A DNA stretch of 64,000 bases from the NCBI GenBank assembly GCA_964546435.1, contig CAZJKJ010000001.1:75470-139469 (forward strand), in the 5' to 3' direction. This DNA is from an uncultured Cellvibrionaceae bacterium (GTDB taxonomy: Bacteria > Pseudomonadota > Gammaproteobacteria > Pseudomonadales > Cellvibrionaceae). Shown here one piece after another: positions 46,452-55,407 of this stretch. A program made the position numbers and the translations under genes. How positions within the stretch are numbered: position 1 is the first letter of the stretch; each line of letters starts with the position of its first letter. The notes beneath the pieces are model-generated. The model was not told where the DNA came from. It saw only the letters and a program-made list of their open reading frames with translations, and did not search any database.

Positions 46452-47378
46452 CTAGCACTGAATCAAGGCCGATGTATAAAAAAATCCAGACCCCAATGAC
46501 ACACATAGGCATAGGTCGCCCGGTTGAACACTTCCGTCTTCCTCAGCCGTACGAAGGTTGATAAAATTGTCTGCCGTAAAGCAGTGACCAGTCTTCGGAA
46601 CATTTTTCAAATATACTTTGGATCGGTCCAAACCAAGATTCTTTGCAGCCTGAAGCCAGGCTGTTCTATTTATATTGTGAGGCAATATGAATTTTACCTC
46701 ATCAAACGTCCGCCCTCCCTTTTTAACACTATCGGTTAAGAATTCAGTAAGCAGGCGAGGATGATCTTCATTAAACCGTTCTATAATTTTTGGATCATGG
46801 AATCCCATATAGAAACGGCTATCAATTTTAAGATTGGTGGTAATGAGATAATTCTTGGTCGCGTTTTTGGTGATCAGTGCAGCGGCAGCGCCATCGCCTG
46901 TAATCGTGTTACCTGGCTGTACTCGCCAACTACCAATACCCCGATCACCGCACAGAATTAAAACCGCGTCGTTCTCTTCCCCATGTTCAAGTACCGTCTT
47001 CGCGTACTTCAACGCCATAACACCGGAGGCGCAATTTGCTTGAGTAACAGCCATGGCGCTGCACTCCCGCAAGTCATAGCGTCTGATAATTTCGCCAAGA
47101 ACCGGCTTTAGCGGATCTTGATTAACTCCAACGGTATGTGTGTAGAAAAGGTGTTTGATCTTATGATCGGCTGCCTTAGGACTGTCGAGCAACTTATCCA
47201 GAGCACCCGTGAGCAAATCCTGCAAAGTCTGTTGTGGATCATAAGCTATCTCCCGTTGCCCGTGATAAGTGGTGTGCAAAAACACATCCTTGTCGGATAG
47301 ACCCAGTTCCTGCGCAAGATCTGCAATCGTGACCCTCCGCTTGGGCAAATAGTAAGCGACTTCGTCAATTCCAATCAT
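46452..47378 (-). CDS. 3-oxoacyl-ACP synthase III (KAS III/FabH)-like condensing enzyme
   Basis: MIGIDEVAYYLPKRRVT, nucleophile region VTQANCASGVMAL, His region ILPHNINRTAW, and C-terminal SLGSGFF. The third triad position reads GHC rather than the GNT of FabH. Confidence 0.75.
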   Translation of the reverse strand: MIGIDEVAYYLPKRRVTIADLAQELGLSDKDVFLHTTYHGQREIAYDPQQTLQDLLTGALDKLLDSPKAADHKIKHLFYTHTVGVNQDPLKPVLGEIIRRYDLRECSAMAVTQANCASGVMALKYAKTVLEHGEENDAVLILCGDRGIGSWRVQPGNTITGDGAAAALITKNATKNYLITTNLKIDSRFYMGFHDPKIIERFNEDHPRLLTEFLTDSVKKGGRTFDEVKFILPHNINRTAWLQAAKNLGLDRSKVYLKNVPKTGHCFTADNFINLRTAEEDGSVQPGDLCLCVSLGSGFFYTSALIQC

Positions 47379-47487
47379 CTGTCATCCTCGTCAATTCGTA
47401 CTACATTGCCGCTATCGCTCAAGCATTCCATCTTCGTAGATCGTGCAGCGAAGGCTGATTATTAATAATCTAAGGAATATTCTTATG

Positions 47488-48978
47488 CTATATTGTTGCG
47501 ATTAATTGCGCCGTATCGATTTTTCCATGACTTGACAACGGTATTTGAGGTAGAAAGGATACCCCTCGCTGGATGTATTCTCGATCGAACCTCGTATCAA
47601 GCCAGGCTGAGAAATCCTTCTGATCATTGGGATGATTTTCCTTTAGCACAACGAATAAATGAGCCACCTCGTTGCCATCTCTGTCATTGACGCCGACTAC
47701 TTTGCATATTTCGACGTTGTCGTTCTCATAAATGATAGCTTCCATATCCTTAGGGAAAATGCAGAATCCGGCCTGCTTTATCAGCTCCTTAACTCGTCCT
47801 TTAAAATAGAGAAGTCCGCTATCATCTTGTAAAAATAAATCACCTGTCGCCAACCAGTTGTCATCCCTATAGCTGCCGGCTATCACCTCTGCGCCCGCTG
47901 TACCCTCAGCGCGAAAATATTGCTGGAAAACAGACGTTCCTCGGACATATAGCTGTCCGATCTGTCCTCGCGGCATTTCTCTCAGGTGGCGCTCACCGTT
48001 CTCTGCCACCACTTCTTCAAAGATCTTTGCATCTAACCCTGGCATAGCAATACCAACGGAATCAGCATTTTCTAACGAGAGCTCATGCGGCAAATACGAC
48101 ACGCGCTTAGATTCGGTAAGTCCATACATTTTGCAGATGTGGACGTCGCTGTGAACCAGCTTGCGAAGGGCGTTGAACGACTTGACTGGAAAAGCCCCGC
48201 CAGTACTGGTTATGAGCCTTACGCTGTCAATCCTCTTCTTGAAGGCATCCATATACTTAATCATGCTGGTAGCCAACGCCGGAACTAAAGGAAACACTGT
48301 GACGGAGTAGTTATTCACAGCGTTAACTAGATTTATAGGATTGACCGGCCCCTCGTAGAGAACGAAGCGACATCCGGTGGCCAAACAAAAAAGTAGTTGA
48401 TATAGGCCATAATCAAACGATAAGGGAGATATGCCGATGATCACATCGTCCTTTGTGATATGAAGATAAGCAAGAATCCCCCTCAAAGCTGAAATCACGT
48501 TCGCGTGCGTCAGCATGATGCCCTTCGGCTGACCAGTACTGCCCGATGTATAGATTATTAACGCTAAATCGACGCCGGTTAACTTAGGCTTCGACAGAAA
48601 CTCGACTCGTGCGCGACCCGTCGATCTACCGCCGGCTTCTTGAAGCAATTGAAGCCTGGGGTCCAAAATATAACGAGCTCCACAATCATCTACTATCCGT
48701 TGTAGAGATTCCCTCGCGGTTTCCCGCTTGACCGGTACCACGATACCACCGACACTCCAGATGGTCATCAAAGACTCAATGGTGCTCACCGAATTTTCTA
48801 CCAATACGATGATTTTATCCTGATGTGAAATGGATTCGTATGCAGCAATCGAATGTTTCACGGCCTCTTTTAATCCCTCGCCAGCAACTACATCTCCGCC
48901 GGTTGATGATATATGTCCGCTCCATCCATCAGTCAACGCAGCATCCACCAAGTCTTTGATCGTGAAAATACTGTCCAT
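47488..48978 (-). CDS. AMP-dependent synthetase/ligase (acyl-ACP or acyl-CoA ligase)
   Basis: Adenylation core motifs IIYTSGSTGQPKGIMLTH, YGLTE and GDL...D.GLLYFKGRVKELIK. Confidence 0.85.
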   Translation of the reverse strand: MDSIFTIKDLVDAALTDGWSGHISSTGGDVVAGEGLKEAVKHSIAAYESISHQDKIIVLVENSVSTIESLMTIWSVGGIVVPVKRETARESLQRIVDDCGARYILDPRLQLLQEAGGRSTGRARVEFLSKPKLTGVDLALIIYTSGSTGQPKGIMLTHANVISALRGILAYLHITKDDVIIGISPLSFDYGLYQLLFCLATGCRFVLYEGPVNPINLVNAVNNYSVTVFPLVPALATSMIKYMDAFKKRIDSVRLITSTGGAFPVKSFNALRKLVHSDVHICKMYGLTESKRVSYLPHELSLENADSVGIAMPGLDAKIFEEVVAENGERHLREMPRGQIGQLYVRGTSVFQQYFRAEGTAGAEVIAGSYRDDNWLATGDLFLQDDSGLLYFKGRVKELIKQAGFCIFPKDMEAIIYENDNVEICKVVGVNDRDGNEVAHLFVVLKENHPNDQKDFSAWLDTRFDREYIQRGVSFLPQIPLSSHGKIDTAQLIATI

Positions 48979-48990
48979 AATAGCTCACCC

Positions 48991-49740
48991 CTATTCCCAG
49001 CGGAACGTCTTAATAGCAAGACCAAAAAGAACTATCGTTGTTACTAACAAAACTGTGAATGGCATTAAATTGGCCGATAATGCCTCGCCATAATATATCT
49101 GAGCTTCTAACACATCGTATAAGTACGAGGCTGGGAGCGCCCTCGAAATCATATCTAACCAGTGAGGAAACAGTGTTTTGGGGAAAGTTGAACCGCTAAG
49201 AAATAGCATAATGAGAAAAACAACATTGCCGACAGCAATTGCCGTTTGAGGCTTTTCACAAAATCGGACAATCAGAAAGCCTAAAGAACAGAACATCACT
49301 GTACCGATAAAAATCGTCAACAATAAAGAAAGGCCATTTCCGTTGATCGACGCCGAAAATAGGAATCTCGCGGCAATTACCACCAGTAAACTGCCGAGGA
49401 TAGTAATGAGAACCTGTCGAAGTATTAACCCGCTGACAACATGGATGCTCGATAAATCCGTGACCTTAAGTCGCTTATAGACACCGCTGCACAGGTCAGC
49501 AGGAATGACGGTTACAATCGCAAAAAGCCCTCCAGACATAACTGTGATGACCACAACTCCAGCAACTAACGTTAACCGAGTATCGCCGCCGACTGCCTCT
49601 GGATCTAGAAGCATGCCTCCAAAGACCGACATCATCAGTATGAGCATGAGTAAAGGGTACATAAAAGACCAGAACAGTGCCTGCTTGCTTCTGGACGCGA
49701 CGACACACTGCATTGAAAAAAAGCTTGTCAGCTGATTCAC
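48991..49740 (-). CDS. ABC-2 type transporter permease
   Basis: 249 aa with about 6 TM helices. 4-nt overlap with the upstream ABC ATPase gene. Confidence 0.7.
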   Translation of the reverse strand: MNQLTSFFSMQCVVASRSKQALFWSFMYPLLMLILMMSVFGGMLLDPEAVGGDTRLTLVAGVVVITVMSGGLFAIVTVIPADLCSGVYKRLKVTDLSSIHVVSGLILRQVLITILGSLLVVIAARFLFSASINGNGLSLLLTIFIGTVMFCSLGFLIVRFCEKPQTAIAVGNVVFLIMLFLSGSTFPKTLFPHWLDMISRALPASYLYDVLEAQIYYGEALSANLMPFTVLLVTTIVLFGLAIKTFRWE

Positions 49741-50642
49741 GTGTAAGAACCCTCACCTGTAAGCTCTACGAACACATCCTCAAGAGAAGATTTCCCTATT
49801 TTCAGATCCCTAATATTGAATGCGTCCGATAATTCCTTGATCGACTGGAATAGCGTTGAGCTTAGACATGGAACCGAAAAATGATAAACGCCGTTTACAT
49901 ATCGCACGTTGTTAAATCCGAAGCCGTGCAAGCTAGTAACCTCAATCTCCCTCTCCGTCTTAACTTCGACTCGGTAATGATTATTGTGGTTGCTAATGAT
50001 ATCGCTGGGCTTGTCCGTTACTACTATTTCTCCGCTCTTTAGAATTGACACGCGGTCAGCCAAGGCTTCCGCTTCTTCTATGTAATGAGTGGAAAATACA
50101 ATAGCTTTCCCCTGCTGCTTTAGTGAACGGATCAAGTCCCATATCTGGTGTCTCACCTGAGGATCCAAAGCCGTTGAAGGTTCATCAAAAAACAGCACGT
50201 CAGGATCATTGATGAGCGACAGAACAATAGATATCTGTTGTTTTTGGCCTCCGGAAAGGTCTTTAAACTGCACATCTAACTTATCCGAAAGATTCACTGC
50301 TTCCAGATAGCTATCAATACTATTCGATTGAGATTTATAGAATTTACGGTAGAACTTGAGCAGCTCTTTAACAGTTAGAGTGTCGTAATAAACAGGGGTC
50401 TGAAATACGGTCCCTATCTCGAGTTTCCGCTTTGGAGCGCCAGTTTTGGAGTCATAGAGATTAATAGTCCCGTCGTCGTAGCTCCTCAGCCCCATAAGGA
50501 TCTCGAGCGTTGTAGTTTTTCCAGAGCCGTTCGGACCCAACAAACCAAATATTTCGCCGCGATTGACGTCAATGGAAATTCCCTTCAAGACCCGCTTTTT
50601 GCCATAGCTCTTGGACAAATTTCCTACACTTATTATTTTCAT
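49737..50642 (-). CDS. ABC transporter ATP-binding protein
   Basis: Walker A GLLGPNGSGKTT, signature LSGGQKQ and Walker B VLFFDEPS. Confidence 0.9.
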   Translation of the reverse strand: MKIISVGNLSKSYGKKRVLKGISIDVNRGEIFGLLGPNGSGKTTTLEILMGLRSYDDGTINLYDSKTGAPKRKLEIGTVFQTPVYYDTLTVKELLKFYRKFYKSQSNSIDSYLEAVNLSDKLDVQFKDLSGGQKQQISIVLSLINDPDVLFFDEPSTALDPQVRHQIWDLIRSLKQQGKAIVFSTHYIEEAEALADRVSILKSGEIVVTDKPSDIISNHNNHYRVEVKTEREIEVTSLHGFGFNNVRYVNGVYHFSVPCLSSTLFQSIKELSDAFNIRDLKIGKSSLEDVFVELTGEGSYT

Positions 50643-50668
50643 TTCCGTTATCTCTTAATGAGAAAGCG

Positions 50669-50941
50669 CTAGACCAACACTTCGAATGAGATCATTTGAT
50701 TATGCATATCCGCAAGCGTCGTCATTTCATCGAACTGCAACTCAGACGCATCAATTGCAAAGTCACCATATATTTCTTCACAGGCTATGATAATCTCCAC
50801 TATATTCAGAGAGTCGATCCCGATTTCCGACAAAGGTACAGTGTGATCAACCGTATCTGTGTTTAAGGCTTCAGCTGTACTTGTGATCAATTTTCCCAGT
50901 AATTCTGGGTAGGCTACGGAAGCGTCATTTCCGTCTCTCAT
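50669..50941 (-). CDS. acyl carrier protein
   Basis: 90 aa, acidic, with phosphopantetheine site SEIGIDSLNIVEII. Confidence 0.8.
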   Translation of the reverse strand: MRDGNDASVAYPELLGKLITSTAEALNTDTVDHTVPLSEIGIDSLNIVEIIIACEEIYGDFAIDASELQFDEMTTLADMHNQMISFEVLV

Positions 50942-50972
50942 ATCATTCTCCGATTATTTTTAACTAATACCA

Positions 50973-52253
50973 TTAAAAAACACTAATTTTAAGTGTCCCC
51001 TCTACCGCGATATCTTTTGTGACAGCGCCAAACTCTGAAGTATCACTACCCGCATACTGGATGAACCTCAAGGCAAGCTCAGAACGGCCCCAGAACGCCC
51101 TTTTTAAACCTAGAGAACCTACATAGCTTTCGTCGTCTATACCTGCCAGCACTCGGGACTCGACCTCCACTTTAAAGGCCGAGGCGAAGGCAACATACGA
51201 AACCGAAAGATAATTTTCTCGAAGATAATTCTCACTAAAGACCGACCCAGAAATAGGAACTTCGGTGTAGCCAAAGCGAGCGAACTCCGCCACTGCCTTG
51301 CCGACTTCCTCGTTTATTTCATCTTCAAAACCTCTTCCATTATGGAAGTACTCCAGTTGAACTCTTTGCCGCTCATCAATAAAATGAGATACCACTACAA
51401 GAAGATCCAAGTAAGTTGATTCTTGGCTGAGGCTCTCCAATGTTGTTCCAAAATAGGCCGGGTACATAAGGCGCTCTTTGTCTATCTCGACGTATATCGC
51501 TTCTACGGCCAAGGTCGTGTCAAGCGGTAGTGAGCTGTCGAATACAGCACCTACCTTCTCCGAATATTTGCCTATCTTCCCCAAGAGCAGAGAAAATTCG
51601 GCGCCTCTTCTGACGTTTATCTTTACCGCGAATTGGTCACCGTCGTAAAAATCGCGGTCTTGGTTCGATGCAATTAGAGAAAAGTCGACATAACTTCCTA
51701 ATTTTTCATATTGAATCTGGTCGACTCCTCGATAGCGTCGGGGATCGAAGACATCGACATCCTTGGTAACAAAGTCGTTGCTGATGAGATCGGCGGGGCG
51801 CCACTGGAAGCCGGCGCTCCATCCCATATACTTACGCCCCACAGATAGATACTGGCCGGTCGCTTTATGGCCCGCTTCATAGAATCCTTCCAGTAACTCG
51901 GATTCAGTATCATATTGACTTTGGTCGGATACACGATCATGACTCCAAATACCGACTCCACGTGCAATCAATCTCGAACTGTCAGTCGGCAGATATTTCA
52001 ATCCCAGATCGCCAAAGACCTGATGTGTGGTTAGATCGAGGCCGTCATTGCGAATCAGCCCCGCCGTATGCTTGACTCGATAGGCCAAATCCAGACTAGT
52101 ACTTCCTTTTGGCGGCATACCACCAGAACTCACCTCTTCTAACTTAAACTGCTCTTGCTCAAATGGATCGAATGGATCGAATTTATCTGCGTGACAATTC
52201 AAAGCCTGTAGTATAAGTAGAAAAAGCAGATAGACCTTTGCAGTCATAGACAT
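50973..52253 (-). CDS. secreted protein, candidate outer-membrane beta-barrel
   Basis: Signal peptide MSMTAKVYLLFLLILQALNCHA. Alternating-strand composition and a C-terminal ...LKISVF (terminal Phe, typical of OMPs). Confidence 0.55.
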   Translation of the reverse strand: MSMTAKVYLLFLLILQALNCHADKFDPFDPFEQEQFKLEEVSSGGMPPKGSTSLDLAYRVKHTAGLIRNDGLDLTTHQVFGDLGLKYLPTDSSRLIARGVGIWSHDRVSDQSQYDTESELLEGFYEAGHKATGQYLSVGRKYMGWSAGFQWRPADLISNDFVTKDVDVFDPRRYRGVDQIQYEKLGSYVDFSLIASNQDRDFYDGDQFAVKINVRRGAEFSLLLGKIGKYSEKVGAVFDSSLPLDTTLAVEAIYVEIDKERLMYPAYFGTTLESLSQESTYLDLLVVVSHFIDERQRVQLEYFHNGRGFEDEINEEVGKAVAEFARFGYTEVPISGSVFSENYLRENYLSVSYVAFASAFKVEVESRVLAGIDDESYVGSLGLKRAFWGRSELALRFIQYAGSDTSEFGAVTKDIAVEGTLKISVF

Positions 52254-52257
52254 CGGC

Positions 52258-54147
52258 TTAGGCGCTTCTTTGATTCATAAAATTTTTTGCAGATAATCCT
52301 TTGAAATTCTCGTCAACCGTTGATATCGAAGCTAACTTCGACGGAACTAAAGATATTGTGTTCTTAAAGAAATACCCTGCCGAGCAGATTTTGCCTTGAT
52401 AAAATTCCTTCTCATAATTTCTTTGGGGATTCTCCATTTCCTGTTCGGCTACCAGAGCGTTTTCGAGGAGAAGCCATCCAAGCATAAAATCTCCGAATGC
52501 TTCCAGAAAGCGCGTGGCCATTAGGTAGATTTGCTCAATCTGCCCTCCGGACAGCCACGTACCGAAAATCTTTAATGTGTCTTCAATACCTATGAATGCG
52601 TTCTCCAGCATGGCAAAATGTTCGCCAAAACTCGCACGCGACTTGCGGAGTTCGTAGAAATCAATAAACTCCTCTCGGAGATACTCAAACAGTCGCGATC
52701 GCTTTCCCAGGCACAGCTTGTTACGTAAAAAATCTGCACTCTGTATATAGTTGGTCCCCTCCCATATGCTCAAAATCTTTACATCTCGAGCATTCTGTTC
52801 CACCGGGAAATCGCTCGTATAGCCATAACCCCCGTGGACTTGAATCGCCGTTTCACATATCCGCCATGCACAATCAGAACAATATGCTTTAACTATTGGT
52901 GTAAGGAGGTCAGCAAGACCTTCATATTTCCGCATCTGCGCCTTTAGCTCAGGATCGTCCGCCTTGAAAGTCGCAGCCAGCGATTGGTAGTGAGCGGCCT
53001 TGAAAACAAGAGCTCTCAACCCTTCGACTTTCGATTTCATATCTAACAGCATCCGCTGTACATCCATGTGCATAATGATGGGCAAACGTTCTGCTTGACT
53101 GGAAGCCATTGCTCGTACGCTGGTACCCTGGATGCGACAGTTTGCATATTCGACTGCTGAATAGTAGGACGACGCGGCCAAACCCAGTGCGTAGGTTCCT
53201 GTAGCCATTCTTGCCATATTCATCAACAAAACAATCTGGGACAATCCCTTATTTTCTTGTTCGCCGAGCAAGGTTCCATAACTAGGGCCCTCTCGGCCGA
53301 AGCTCAGTTGGACAGTTGCGTTTCCTTTGAGCCCCATCTTTCGCTCAACTCTATCGCAACTGACGTTATTGATCACGCCTGGTTCACCCTCAAGTTCAGT
53401 CATAACTTTAGGGACTACGAAACAGCTCAACCCTGCAGTACCAGCCGGCGCACCCTCGACTCTAGCAACCACGAAATAAACAATGTTTTCGGATAGATTG
53501 TGCATTCCAGATGAAATGAATATCTTGTCACCTTCTATTCGATAGCGGCCGCACGGCTCGCGATAGGCCTTCGTTCTCAATACACCGACATCTGAACCGG
53601 CTCCTGCCTCCGTCATGACCAGCGCCGCAGTCATGCTCGGGATGGAGAGCGCTTGGCAGTACGCCTTTCTCTGCTGTGCGCTCCCGTGTTTTTCCAGGAG
53701 ATATACTGCGCCAATATTAAAGCCTGGGTAGATACAAAAAGATGGGTCAGCACCGTACAGCACGCTGTACACCGCTTGATTAATTACGTAGGGAGTACCG
53801 GCACCGCCGTATTCTAGAGGTGCCGACACGCCGCACAGTCCGAGCTCCCGAAACCGTCTCCAAACGTGATGGTATATTTCGGGAACACGCACGTCATATC
53901 CCGATCTCCTTTTACACCCTTCTTTGTCGGCAAGCTGATATGACTTGCCAAGGTATTCCTTGGCGAATTTCACCGCGAGTTCAATTATTTGAACACAGCT
54001 GTTTTTATCGACATGAGCAAACGCCCTACCGTCCAGTAAAGCTTCATCAACCCGCAAGACGTCAAACAATTGGTAATAGACGTCACGTTCGTCTATTTTG
54101 TAAGATGATAAATGGTCTAGCACCGACTCTCTCGACTCGTTATTCAT
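52258..54147 (-). CDS. acyl-CoA dehydrogenase family protein (long, about 630-aa type)
   Basis: ACAD middle-domain motif MTEAGAGSDVGVLRTKA, C-terminal helical region QVHGGYGYTSDFPVEQ, and an extra C-terminal domain. Confidence 0.8.
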   Translation of the reverse strand: MNNESRESVLDHLSSYKIDERDVYYQLFDVLRVDEALLDGRAFAHVDKNSCVQIIELAVKFAKEYLGKSYQLADKEGCKRRSGYDVRVPEIYHHVWRRFRELGLCGVSAPLEYGGAGTPYVINQAVYSVLYGADPSFCIYPGFNIGAVYLLEKHGSAQQRKAYCQALSIPSMTAALVMTEAGAGSDVGVLRTKAYREPCGRYRIEGDKIFISSGMHNLSENIVYFVVARVEGAPAGTAGLSCFVVPKVMTELEGEPGVINNVSCDRVERKMGLKGNATVQLSFGREGPSYGTLLGEQENKGLSQIVLLMNMARMATGTYALGLAASSYYSAVEYANCRIQGTSVRAMASSQAERLPIIMHMDVQRMLLDMKSKVEGLRALVFKAAHYQSLAATFKADDPELKAQMRKYEGLADLLTPIVKAYCSDCAWRICETAIQVHGGYGYTSDFPVEQNARDVKILSIWEGTNYIQSADFLRNKLCLGKRSRLFEYLREEFIDFYELRKSRASFGEHFAMLENAFIGIEDTLKIFGTWLSGGQIEQIYLMATRFLEAFGDFMLGWLLLENALVAEQEMENPQRNYEKEFYQGKICSAGYFFKNTISLVPSKLASISTVDENFKGLSAKNFMNQRSA

Positions 54148-54165
54148 TCTTATTCATTCCTTATT

Positions 54166-54993
54166 TTACAGCGGCCGGTGAATCAACTGCGCGTTAACAG
54201 TAGGTGGTGTTTCGATAACCGCAAAGCAATAGTATCCCCGCAGTGCCAGTGAACCGAACAGAATCGTTTCAGGAAGCTGGCGTTGGTTACAGATGTCTTT
54301 GATGAAAGATATCCATGGATCACTGCCAAACGCATGCCCAAACTCAGTATGGTAGCAGGTTAATTGATCTACCATCTTCAAAGACCGACGAATAGGAATT
54401 GACATATTGGCAGGAAAAAACGGTAAGGATATAGTATCTGATTTAGTTATCCTTGCCACAGTCTTAGCAAAGCTGGCAAAGCTAATAATATTGTTCCCGC
54501 CGCTTGCCATCCCGGTGTAGATCGGGTAGCAATCCGGGTCACCTTCCATATTTTCAAAAAACAATGTTGTTATTCCAAAGCCAGATTTACCCCAATGGTC
54601 ATTGAAATCCCAGTATTTCATTTCCATCGAGTTTACGTCTACGATACTGATTGCAAAATATCTGTCTCCGCGTTTGTGCTGATAATGGTGACGCATACAG
54701 TAGCCCCAGCAGGCGCACTCATATGCATTTGTGAAGCATATCTCCGGCCTACTCGCGAACGGCGCGATATCCATCAGAGCCATACTACCGGATGAAAAGA
54801 CAGTATCCATCATCGTGCTACAGAAGTAGTGTTGGCTCGAATCAGAATAATCATATTCCTTCCCGCTACCAATATTTGAAACCTGCATACTTATTACGTC
54901 ACGGATCTCAACTGCACTGTCAGCAATAGTAAAGCCTCGCGCGGGGAAATTCATTGGCGTATAGAGCGCGTCACGCAATACAATCCTAGCCAT
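54166..54993 (-). CDS. hypothetical protein (possibly a degenerate thiolase-fold protein)
   Basis: 275-aa ORF overlapping the thioesterase gene by 8 nt. Only weak resemblance to condensing enzymes (ECACWGY, FGHAFGSDPW). No confident family call. Confidence 0.45.
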   Translation of the reverse strand: MARIVLRDALYTPMNFPARGFTIADSAVEIRDVISMQVSNIGSGKEYDYSDSSQHYFCSTMMDTVFSSGSMALMDIAPFASRPEICFTNAYECACWGYCMRHHYQHKRGDRYFAISIVDVNSMEMKYWDFNDHWGKSGFGITTLFFENMEGDPDCYPIYTGMASGGNNIISFASFAKTVARITKSDTISLPFFPANMSIPIRRSLKMVDQLTCYHTEFGHAFGSDPWISFIKDICNQRQLPETILFGSLALRGYYCFAVIETPPTVNAQLIHRPL

Positions 54994-55402
54994 GAACGTC
55001 CGGCACCTGAACTTCGTCTGGTAGACTGAACGCTACGATAATATCATCCGGAACTGGAATTACTTTTCTCGCCTTGCTGTCAACGCATACCATTCTTACT
55101 GCCATTTCGCACATCGGCTTTTCCTTCCTTACAAACTGTGTTCTCCATTCCATTCCGCTACGATCTATGTTAGCCAAGCGTGTTATCACTCCGATTTCAT
55201 CTTCCAAAAATATCGCGCTGATGTACCGAGCACTGACCGCGCGGACAGTCAAGGATATTCCGTACGTCTCGCTCAGGCCAGTAAAGGACTGATTGCGACC
55301 CCTAAGCCACCAGTGACGGCTACTCTCGGCCAACTCCAGGTACTTCGCATGATGCAACACTCCTCCCGCGTCCGTATCGGCATATGCCACCAAATATTCC
55401 AT
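54986..55402 (-). CDS. acyl-CoA/acyl-ACP thioesterase (4HBT hotdog, YbgC-like)
   Basis: N-terminal VAYADTDAGGVLHHAKYLELAE motif. 138 aa. Confidence 0.75.
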   Translation of the reverse strand: MEYLVAYADTDAGGVLHHAKYLELAESSRHWWLRGRNQSFTGLSETYGISLTVRAVSARYISAIFLEDEIGVITRLANIDRSGMEWRTQFVRKEKPMCEMAVRMVCVDSKARKVIPVPDDIIVAFSLPDEVQVPDVHG

Positions 55403-55407
55403 AACGG

